Shown: positions 9,405 to 16,658 of the stretch, one piece after another | Position numbering within the stretch: position 1 is the stretch's first letter | How the letters are laid out: the number at the start of each line of letters is the position of its first letter | Origin: an uncultured Gammaproteobacteria bacterium | Lineage (GTDB): Bacteria > Patescibacteriota > Microgenomatia > Levybacterales > UBA12049 | Length of the DNA stretch: 64,000 bases | Direction: 5' to 3' | NCBI GenBank assembly: GCA_964553245.1 | Contig: CAZKJM010000001.1 | Span: forward strand, 296,977 to 360,976 | Program-made: the position numbers and the translations under genes | Notes under the pieces: generated by a model | Databases searched by the model: none | The model's input: only the letters and a program-made list of their open reading frames with translations | Told to the model about the DNA's origin: nothing

Positions 9405-9956
9405 TTATTTAACAGGAGATGCAAAAACAAGAAGTCTTTGAAAAGCAGTGCCAATAGGTGTACAAGTTTGTAAAATCAGCTGGTCTTTATTTTCTTTAAT
9501 ATATTTAACTTCGTTTGGCCAAACAACTTTTTTATCTGTTACGTAATATTTATATTTTTTACCATCTTTTTCAATAAGAATTAAATCGTTTTTTTTAAGC
9601 TCATCTAGTCTTAAAAAAATCGTATTATATCGAGTTAAATTCCAAGGATAGTCGGTTGAATGACCGAATAAAAAAATTGTTCCTTTATCGCCAGGCAGAG
9701 CACTACCTTTAGCTTGAGCTATTCCCATAGTTAATGCTTTTCTATACTCTTTTTCGTTTGTCGCATCAACCCCTTTTATTATTGGGGAAACAAGTTTTAT
9801 CTTAGGAATTTCAATCGAAAAACCTGTGTTTAAAGCTACCTTGGAAGATAATAAATAAGACATTGCAACCGGATAATAAATAAATAAAAGAATAAGAAGA
9901 GACGTAATAATAAAAATGTTTCCAATTGTTTTTCTTAAAGTGCTTTTTCTTTTCAT
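9405..9956 (-). CDS. Sortase family transpeptidase
   Basis: 183 aa with an N-terminal TM anchor, the conserved His (LFGHS) and the catalytic motif LILQTCTP (TLxTC). It lies directly downstream of an LPATG-containing gene. Confidence 0.75.
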   Translation of the reverse strand: MKRKSTLRKTIGNIFIITSLLILLFIYYPVAMSYLLSSKVALNTGFSIEIPKIKLVSPIIKGVDATNEKEYRKALTMGIAQAKGSALPGDKGTIFLFGHSTDYPWNLTRYNTIFLRLDELKKNDLILIEKDGKKYKYYVTDKKVVWPNEVKYIKENKDQLILQTCTPIGTAFQRLLVFASPVK

Positions 9957-9997
9957 AGAGTTTTAAATTTTAGCAAAATGCCTCTTAATAAGCAAAA

Positions 9998-10020
9998 ACC
10001 GCGATTAACGCGGTTGTTTT
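9998..10020 (-). terminator. Intrinsic terminator hairpin AACCGCG-attaa-CGCGGTT flanked by A/T runs
   Basis: A perfect 7-bp stem with T-runs on both sides. It lies between the LPATG protein gene and the sortase gene. Confidence 0.45.
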
Positions 10021-10024
10021 AAAT

Positions 10025-11191
10025 TTATGCAGCTATTGGAGGAGACGATCCCGATGCCATTCGCAGAAAAACACCAATCGCAAATAATAATGTAGCAAGA
10101 ATTGTTGCTAAGAAAGCTAAATAGTTTCCGGTTGCCGGAAGCATTGCGCCAAGAACCGCTTGGCTTAAAGAACTACCTCCGTCGCTTCTACCATCACTTC
10201 TTCCGTCTGAAAGCCCGTCTCCTCCGCTACTTCCGCCGTTTCCGCCATTACCGGAAGGTGGATTAACCGGTGGGTTTACCGGTGGTGGAGGTGGTGGAGG
10301 TGGAGGAGGAGGAACTGAATCATCTTCGCAACTGTAGCTAGATCCATTTATTCCTTCGTTGTTTATATTTATAATACTGTCTATGTTTCCGGTTTTTATA
10401 AACACGTTACCATTATTGCTATTAGCAGAATTGTTTCCTGTATTTGGATCGCTAGCTACATTGTTTACAATTCTGGCGCTGTTTATACTTGAATAAATTA
10501 ACTCACTTAGGCAAGAAGCATAAATATTATTGATTGATCCTTCCCCATTTCCCGAAATTTTATATAAAAATTTTCCCGGATCAGTTATATTTTTTCCCGT
10601 ATTTTTATTAAAATTAATATCTTTATTTACAATATTAATTTCTTCTTTAATATTACCCGTATAAATATTAACATTACCGTTATTATTACTTGCTGAATTA
10701 TTACCGGTATTACTATGCGATTGAACATTATTAATAATTTCTGCTGTATTCGTTTGAGAGGTACTTACTACTGTTTGGCTGTTTATATTAATATTATTAG
10801 TGGAATTTACTCCGTTTCCTGTTATTACAGCTTCTCCGCTTCCGCAAGGATTTTGGCAACCACATCCACCGCATTCATTTTCCGATACGTTTATATTTAT
10901 ATTTTCATTCTGGATTTCTGACGTTGTTACAATATCACCTGTTGAAATATTTGTTTCCCCGGAGTTTGAATTCGCGCTGTTATCTCCGGTATTTGCTTCT
11001 TCGTTAACTTGATTATTAACTTCTGCGTTATTAGTTTGATTTATGGAATTATTACTTTCTACTGTTACATTAACTGTATTTTGAGAAGAATCACCATTCC
11101 CATCAATTACTATTACAGTTTCTGCCAAAACAGTTTTTGGCGAAACCATAATAAATAAAATCGATAATAATAAAATAAGTTTCTTCTTCAT
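10025..11191 (-). CDS. Cell-wall-anchored Asn/Gly/Thr-rich repeat protein, paralog B, with an LPATG sortase signal
   Basis: 388 aa with a signal peptide and a repeat module related to paralogs A, C and D. It has a Cys knot (ECGGCGCQNPCGSG), a poly-Pro tract (P12 VNPPVNPP) and a Gly/Ser-rich stalk. The C-terminus is LPATG followed by a hydrophobic segment and RMASG. Confidence 0.7.
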   Translation of the reverse strand: MKKKLILLLSILFIMVSPKTVLAETVIVIDGNGDSSQNTVNVTVESNNSINQTNNAEVNNQVNEEANTGDNSANSNSGETNISTGDIVTTSEIQNENININVSENECGGCGCQNPCGSGEAVITGNGVNSTNNININSQTVVSTSQTNTAEIINNVQSHSNTGNNSASNNNGNVNIYTGNIKEEINIVNKDINFNKNTGKNITDPGKFLYKISGNGEGSINNIYASCLSELIYSSINSARIVNNVASDPNTGNNSANSNNGNVFIKTGNIDSIININNEGINGSSYSCEDDSVPPPPPPPPPPPVNPPVNPPSGNGGNGGSSGGDGLSDGRSDGRSDGGSSLSQAVLGAMLPATGNYLAFLATILATLLFAIGVFLRMASGSSPPIAA

Positions 11192-11221
11192 ATTTTTAAA
11201 ACTTTTTAAGATTTAATATCT

Positions 11222-13414
11222 TTAAAGTTGGGGCAGTCTTTTAATTTTTTTACCCAGGAAAAGGAGCAGGGCTATTCCCGGAATTAATATAATTAACCAA
11301 GCTAAATTAATATTAACTGCTTTTACTTTTGCTTTTTCTCCTGTTAAATTTTTACCCAAAGTATCTTTTATATGATCCGATACACCCGCAACTAAAATAC
11401 TCGCAAAAGATCCGTTATTATTACTTGCTATAAAGACTTTTGATTCGGTTGGTTCGGCAACGTTTTCCGTTTGTTTGTTGTCACTATTTACCGAATCTGT
11501 ATCAATGCTTTCTAAAATTGTTTCCGAATTTGTTCCGCCTATTCCGGATGTATTATTTTGTTCTTGATTTACGCTTTCCGCTTGTGACTGATCAGCCAAA
11601 ACTGTTTTTTCTTTAGTTTGACCGGGAGCAACAAAATCTCCAAACCAGCTACCAAAAACATTAATCATTGTTACAACCAGTTTTCCGTTACCCACTATAT
11701 TGTTGTTTACAAAATTAACAATATTTGCGATTATTTTTGCATCTCCTGTAGTAATGTTTGAATTTCCTCCTGTATTAAAACTAGATGTATTATTTCCGGT
11801 ATTAGCCGACAAATTAAGCGTGTTATTTATATTTGCGTTGTTAGTTTGATTTATAGAATTATTTGTTGTTTGATTAGAATTTACCGTATTTGTAGAATCT
11901 GCTCCGTTTGTATTGTTCATTGCAGTTACTTCTCCGGTTATTGGATCAACTACAAATTCTGTTCCCGAAGATCCTGCAAGAGTTGAGCCGTCTGGCGAAC
12001 CAATTATTTTTCCAACCCATTTTCCTGCTTGATTTACTATTACCAACCACCAATTACCGCCGATTAAATTTGAGTTGGCAATATTCAAAACATTGGCCAT
12101 TACGCTTGCATCACCGGTATTAATCGAAGAGTCTCCTCCTGTATTAAAGTTTGTATCGTTATTTCCTGTTTGTGCATCTAAAACTAAAGTATTGGTTATA
12201 GATGCATCATTTGATTGAAATGTATTATCTGTATTTGTACTCGTAGCGCTTGCTGTGTTTGTAGAATTAGCACCATTCCCAGTATTGGAGGCTGTTGTTG
12301 AGCCGCCGCAACTTCCACCGCAAATTGCATTCATTGCTTCTTCGGTTAAAATAATATCTCCTACTAAATTACCGAAAATATTAACTACTCCGTAAATTAC
12401 GTTTCCCGCAAGATTATTATTGGCAAAAGTTAGTGAATTAGCCGAAACATTTGCATCTCCTGTAACTATATCTGAATCACCGCCGGTGTTAAAGCTTGCA
12501 TTATTACTTCCTGAATCCGCAGCAAGAATTAATTCATTTGATACTCCTGCATTGTTTGTTTGATTGGTATTATTATTAGTTGTATTACTGGCATCTGCTT
12601 GGTTATTAGACGATGCTCCGTTGTTTTCGTTAGAAGCAGTTACCGAAGAACCGGAACATCCATTAACACAGTTTTGACCAAAATCCAAAACAATATCACC
12701 AATATGATCATCTGCGATATTAAATTCTGCAACAGCCACTCCATCTACATTTGTATTCACAGATGTAATTACTGTCCCGGTTGTATTTGCATCTCCGGTT
12801 GTAATAGATGAATCACCAACATTATATGAAGCGCTGTTTTGTCCCGTAGCTGTTGCTTGATTTAAATTATTATTTACAGTTGCACTGTTTCCCTGATTTG
12901 TATTATTGTTATTTATTACCGAACCGGAAACATCATTTAAGGACCCTGCTCCGTTTCCGCTATTGGAAACCGAAATACTTCCACCTTCTTCTCCATTAGT
13001 TATTCCCAAATTTGAATTCCCAGTTGTTTGTAAGGTAGTATCGCTATTTGCATCTCCAGTGTTAATTGCTGTGTCTCCAACGCCACCATTGGAAGATGTC
13101 CCTTCTTGTTCTGTAGTATCCGCTGTTATTTCTGAAGGTACAGTTGGCGTTTCTGGTGCACTAGGCGCGGTTGGTGCAGATGGAGCCTCGGGAGCTTTAG
13201 GTGCTTCCGGAGCACTTGGTGCACTAGGCGCGGTTGGTGCAGATGGAGCCTCGGGAGCTTTAGGTGCTTCCGGAGCACTTGGTGCACTAGGCGCGGTTGG
13301 TGCAGATGGAGCCTCGGGAATATCCAATGCATATACCGGCATAATGCGGGTAAAAAGTATTGCCGTTAATAATAGTATTGTTAAATATTTTTTAATTATA
13401 TTTATCTTTTTCAT
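11222..13414 (-). CDS. Large secreted Asn/Gly/Thr-rich repeat protein, paralog C, with an N-terminal Pro/Ala-rich tandem repeat and a C-terminal TM anchor
   Basis: 730 aa. After the signal peptide come three PEAPSAPTAPSAPSAPEAPKA units. Repeat modules follow, separated by Cys motifs (QNCVNGCSGSS, NAICGGSCGGS). It ends with a hydrophobic helix plus KKIKR. Confidence 0.6.
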   Translation of the reverse strand: MKKINIIKKYLTILLLTAILFTRIMPVYALDIPEAPSAPTAPSAPSAPEAPKAPEAPSAPTAPSAPSAPEAPKAPEAPSAPTAPSAPETPTVPSEITADTTEQEGTSSNGGVGDTAINTGDANSDTTLQTTGNSNLGITNGEEGGSISVSNSGNGAGSLNDVSGSVINNNNTNQGNSATVNNNLNQATATGQNSASYNVGDSSITTGDANTTGTVITSVNTNVDGVAVAEFNIADDHIGDIVLDFGQNCVNGCSGSSVTASNENNGASSNNQADASNTTNNNTNQTNNAGVSNELILAADSGSNNASFNTGGDSDIVTGDANVSANSLTFANNNLAGNVIYGVVNIFGNLVGDIILTEEAMNAICGGSCGGSTTASNTGNGANSTNTASATSTNTDNTFQSNDASITNTLVLDAQTGNNDTNFNTGGDSSINTGDASVMANVLNIANSNLIGGNWWLVIVNQAGKWVGKIIGSPDGSTLAGSSGTEFVVDPITGEVTAMNNTNGADSTNTVNSNQTTNNSINQTNNANINNTLNLSANTGNNTSSFNTGGNSNITTGDAKIIANIVNFVNNNIVGNGKLVVTMINVFGSWFGDFVAPGQTKEKTVLADQSQAESVNQEQNNTSGIGGTNSETILESIDTDSVNSDNKQTENVAEPTESKVFIASNNNGSFASILVAGVSDHIKDTLGKNLTGEKAKVKAVNINLAWLIILIPGIALLLFLGKKIKRLPQL
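13141..13325. repeat. 63-bp tandem repeat (about 3 copies) encoding (PEAPSAPTAPSAPSAPEAPKA)n inside paralog C
   Basis: GGTGCACTAGGCGCGGTTGGTGCAGATGGAGCCTCGGGAGCTTTAGGTGCTTCCGGAGCACTT starts at 13155, 13218 and 13281. The first two copies are near-identical and the third is diverged. Confidence 0.7.
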
Positions 13415-13526
13415 TTTTATAGTTTATTTTCTGTTTCCTGTTTTCTAATTTCTATTTTATTTTTCTCTCGGGTACAGAGTGCTCTTGTTGAAGTGCTTTA
13501 CAAAAAGCACTCTGTAACCCTAAAGA

Positions 13527-14804
13527 TTAGGCTCCCATGTGTAAAAATGCCCAAAGTGCTGCAAAATTGACTGAAAAATTAACATCATAGTCAAAATCTG
13601 GCAATAAATCAGACAAATCTACCATTGGTAATTGCCCTATTACGTTCACGTTTCCGGAATTACTTACGTTTGTATCGATAAGTGCATCTCCGGTATTAAT
13701 TGCTGGATCCGATGGATCATCAACTTCTCCGGTACTAGAATATACATCGTTGTGACCGGTTTTTGCATCTAGATCCTTAAGCATATTTGTAAGGAAGGAC
13801 ATGTTTCCCTGTCCGAGAGTTTGTGAATTATTAAGAGTTAAATTAATAATATTATCCATATCCTTACCATCTTGGCAACCTTCTGCTCCGTTTCCAACAA
13901 TTTTTGCTAAAACAGACATTGCACATCCATTGCAATCAACATCTGCATAGTTAAAGTTGACTGAATTGTCAACATCTGCGTAAACTTTTGCATTACCAGT
14001 GCCGATCATTACATCGCCTCCGGTGTTAAATCCTGCATCGTTTCCGCCTGTTTTTGCATCTGCATCAACAGTATTTAAAACCATTGCAAAATTATCTTGA
14101 TCAAGTTTTGTGCCTTTAGTAAGTCCTGCAACGATAGAATTATCGCTTCCTGCTCCATTACCAGAAATGATAAAAGAAGCTGATGGATTTACTGGTCCAA
14201 CAACTGATCCAACTTTTGCAGAGTTAACATTTGCAGTTGTAGAAACATTGGTGTCCACTGTTGCATTACCAGTGCCGATCATTACATCGCCTCCGGTGTT
14301 TTTATATGCATCGTTTCCGCCTGTTTTTGCATCTGCATCAACCATGTTGGTAACCATTGCTTTATTGTCTTGAGTAACGGTTGTTGTTGTTTTTTCACCA
14401 AGTTGTACACCATTTTGACTACCTGCTCCGTTTTCGGAGATTTTTACGTCGGTTGAACCTGCTGAGCAACAATCAACTTCTGCTGCATTTCTGTTAAGAT
14501 CATTTGTTATGTCTGCTTTAACTGTTGCATCTCCTGTATGGATTCCAACATTACCTCCGGTGTTAAATCCTGCATCGTTTCCGCCTGTTTTTGCATCTGC
14601 ATCAACCATGTTGGTAACTATTGCATTATTATTTTGAGTAACGGTTGTTTTATTGGTTTGATTAACTGTTGTCCAGTTATCAGACCCTGCACCGTTTCCG
14701 GAAATAACTATTGTTGTTTCTGCGAACGCAACTGGGGCTAAAGCATTAATTAAAATTGCTGAAGTAGCAATTCCTGTTACTATTCTTCTTTTTAAATCTA
14801 TCAT
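13527..14804 (-). CDS. Secreted Asn/Gly/Thr-rich repeat protein, paralog D
   Basis: The real start is probably the ATG at 14804 (MIDLKRRIVTGIATSAILINALAPVAFA is a signal peptide, with a GGAGGTG RBS 6 nt upstream) rather than 14924. It has three ISGNGAGSDN...AKTGGNDAGFNTGG...TGDA modules separated by the Cys motifs CCSAGS and CNGC. Intragenic repeats of about 100 bp are near-identical. Confidence 0.6.
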   Translation of the reverse strand: MIDLKRRIVTGIATSAILINALAPVAFAETTIVISGNGAGSDNWTTVNQTNKTTVTQNNNAIVTNMVDADAKTGGNDAGFNTGGNVGIHTGDATVKADITNDLNRNAAEVDCCSAGSTDVKISENGAGSQNGVQLGEKTTTTVTQDNKAMVTNMVDADAKTGGNDAYKNTGGDVMIGTGNATVDTNVSTTANVNSAKVGSVVGPVNPSASFIISGNGAGSDNSIVAGLTKGTKLDQDNFAMVLNTVDADAKTGGNDAGFNTGGDVMIGTGNAKVYADVDNSVNFNYADVDCNGCAMSVLAKIVGNGAEGCQDGKDMDNIINLTLNNSQTLGQGNMSFLTNMLKDLDAKTGHNDVYSSTGEVDDPSDPAINTGDALIDTNVSNSGNVNVIGQLPMVDLSDLLPDFDYDVNFSVNFAALWAFLHMGA

Positions 14805-14889
14805 CTTATTCACCTCCTCTCTTTCGTAAATTTCTTTCAAATCTTGAAAGATTGCACTTCTTTCTTCCGCGCCTTGTTTCTGTCTGCCT

Positions 14890-14955
14890 AAGCTTAAAGA
14901 AACAAAAAACGGAGGCTCCTTCATCCAACCTAAGTTAGATGAAAAAGCCTCCGTT
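14890..14955 (-). terminator. Long-stem intrinsic terminator downstream of the DUF2292 gene
   Basis: AAACGGAGGCTCCTTCATC...GATGAAAAAGCCTCCGTTT is an imperfect stem of about 17 bp. On the minus strand it is followed by GTTTTTTGTTTCTTT. Confidence 0.5.
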
Positions 14956-15024
14956 TGCGGTCAGCTTGTTTAACTTACTTTAATATATATAGTATGGTCT
15001 ATATTTTGTCAATACCCTAAATAG

Positions 15025-15264
15025 CTAGTCTTTTCTGCCAAAATATGTTTGTGTAATTCTGTTTTGAATTGGGAATTGATTTTCTTCTTCGTTTTCTTCT
15101 CTGGAGTCCGGAATTTGAAGGTCTGTTTTTTTGATATTTCTAACTGTTATTTGGGTTATTTTTTTATTTTGCACGTAAACTTCTACACTACCGTAATCAA
15201 TATCTTCCAATGCATCTTGAATTTCTTTTATTAATTGGACCTTATCACCTAGTGAATAAGCCAT
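15025..15264 (-). CDS. DUF2292 (YezD-like) small protein
   Basis: 79 aa. DYGSVEVYVQNKKITQITVRNIKK matches the DUF2292 core (GSV.I.v.dGkv.qie..ek). Confidence 0.5.
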   Translation of the reverse strand: MAYSLGDKVQLIKEIQDALEDIDYGSVEVYVQNKKITQITVRNIKKTDLQIPDSREENEEENQFPIQNRITQTYFGRKD

Positions 15265-15265
15265 A

Positions 15266-16024
15266 TTATTTAAATTTTATATTAACTGTTTCCTTATCCC
15301 CTTCAATCTCACCGATCTGAAGTCTTAAATCCTTATCTGCTTCATTAATCGGAAACCCTAATCTAGTTATCTTTGTTGAGATTGCCTGTACTTCAACTGG
15401 ATCATTGTGAATATCTGCTGCTATCCATTCATTTTTATTATTAATCGAAAGTCTTATATAATCTCTAGTATTTACCTGAACGCCTTGAGAATTATCATTT
15501 ACTATTTTTATATTTAAAATAAGGAATACCCTTCCTTTTACCGCTGTTGCCCTTTGTCCTTTAACTATTATTGAATCCTGTAACTCTGCTGATACCACTT
15601 CATATTTTAATTCTCCCACTTTTTTTCCATTATCGTCTTTTAAGGCAAATTTAAAATTCTTGTCTAATTCCGTTTTTGCAAGTGTTTCCGCAGGAAGAGG
15701 TCTTGTGTCAACTGCGCTATTATTATTTTTACCTGAAGTATTTATAATATAAAAAATCAAAGAGATAACTACAATCGCTAATAACAGATAAAATAACTTT
15801 TTATATTTTCGATAATTATAATTTTTTAATCCTTCTCTTCCTCTTACAATTCTTTCTTTAACATCTATTTTTCTTACGGATCTTTTTGTTTTATGGAATA
15901 TTTTTCTTAAAAACTCTCTTATTTGATTTTTTTTATTTTCTACAGGTTTTTCTACATCTTGATTTAGAGATGTTTCTAAAGTTTCGTTATTCACTTCTAC
16001 TGAAGGTAAGTTTTCTTGTTCCAT
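15266..16024 (-). CDS. Single-pass membrane protein with a DUF4352-like extracytoplasmic domain
   Basis: 252 aa with a basic cytoplasmic N-terminus and a TM helix. The C-terminal domain (GRVFLILNIKIVNDNSQGVQVNTRDYIRLSIN) resembles DUF4352. Confidence 0.35.
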   Translation of the reverse strand: MEQENLPSVEVNNETLETSLNQDVEKPVENKKNQIREFLRKIFHKTKRSVRKIDVKERIVRGREGLKNYNYRKYKKLFYLLLAIVVISLIFYIINTSGKNNNSAVDTRPLPAETLAKTELDKNFKFALKDDNGKKVGELKYEVVSAELQDSIIVKGQRATAVKGRVFLILNIKIVNDNSQGVQVNTRDYIRLSINNKNEWIAADIHNDPVEVQAISTKITRLGFPINEADKDLRLQIGEIEGDKETVNIKFK

Positions 16025-16047
16025 AAAAAATGCCCCATTTCGGGGCA
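16025..16047 (-). terminator. Intrinsic terminator TGCCCC-atttc-GGGGCA plus T6 on the minus strand
   Basis: A 6-bp GC stem. A6 on the plus strand at 16025-16030 gives a T-run after the hairpin on the minus strand. It lies downstream of the 16102..16605 gene and abuts the next start codon. Confidence 0.45.
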
Positions 16048-16101
16048 GATTTCTTTAGAGAGCCAATATTAGCACAACATTTTTTTGCCGTCAAGAAGTA
16101 T

Positions 16102-16605
16102 TTATAACCCTCTTGCACTCACGGAAATATTTACGGTATTTTCGTTATGTTGCTTTGCAACTTCAACTAAAATCTCTTTTTCCCCGCTTGATCCTGCCAG
16201 TTTATTTAAAACTTTTCCGTTTGCATTTGTTTTAATAAAAGAGCTGGCGACCATGCCTAGTTCTTTAATTTTTTGTTTATACCAGTCGGTAATTTTATCC
16301 GCGTCATCGTTGCTTTGAAGAATTAAATTATTACCGGATTTGGCAATTACTATTGCGTTTGGATATATAAACGAATTAATATTACTTGCGTTATTTATCG
16401 TTGATGTAGTAGTTTGCTCTTGAATATTTTCAGGTAAGGGCGTCGGGGTATTTGTTGGAGAAACCGTTGGTGTAATTTTTTGCTTTTCCACGAGATTGGA
16501 TGAATTATTCTGTTTAATGGAATTTGATTTTTTAATATTCTTATCAAATAAAATTGTCAGGAAAAGAAGGATTATTAAGAAAGCTAAAATCTTTAAGGAT
16601 TTCAT
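16102..16605 (-). CDS. Hypothetical secreted or membrane-anchored protein with a Pro/Thr linker
   Basis: 167 aa with an N-terminal hydrophobic helix and a TPTVSPTNTPTPLPE linker. No recognisable domain was found. Confidence 0.35.
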   Translation of the reverse strand: MKSLKILAFLIILLFLTILFDKNIKKSNSIKQNNSSNLVEKQKITPTVSPTNTPTPLPENIQEQTTTSTINNASNINSFIYPNAIVIAKSGNNLILQSNDDADKITDWYKQKIKELGMVASSFIKTNANGKVLNKLAGSSGEKEILVEVAKQHNENTVNISVSARGL

Positions 16606-16658
16606 TGCTTACTATTATAATCCGTACTGTCAAGTTTTCGAGTAAGATAATTCTAGGC

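Noticed and set aside
12906-13448. 180-aa plus-strand ORF with GALGAVGADGASG repeats
   Set aside because: It is the antisense reading of the Pro/Ala tandem-repeat region of paralog C. The repeat periodicity creates an open antisense frame.
14805-14924. Upstream extension MKEPPFF...EVNK of paralog D
   Set aside because: The extension precedes a textbook signal peptide (MIDLKRRIVTGIATSAILINALAPVAFA) that has its own GGAGGTG RBS 6 nt upstream of the ATG at 14804. The extension would place a Sec signal 40 residues internal.
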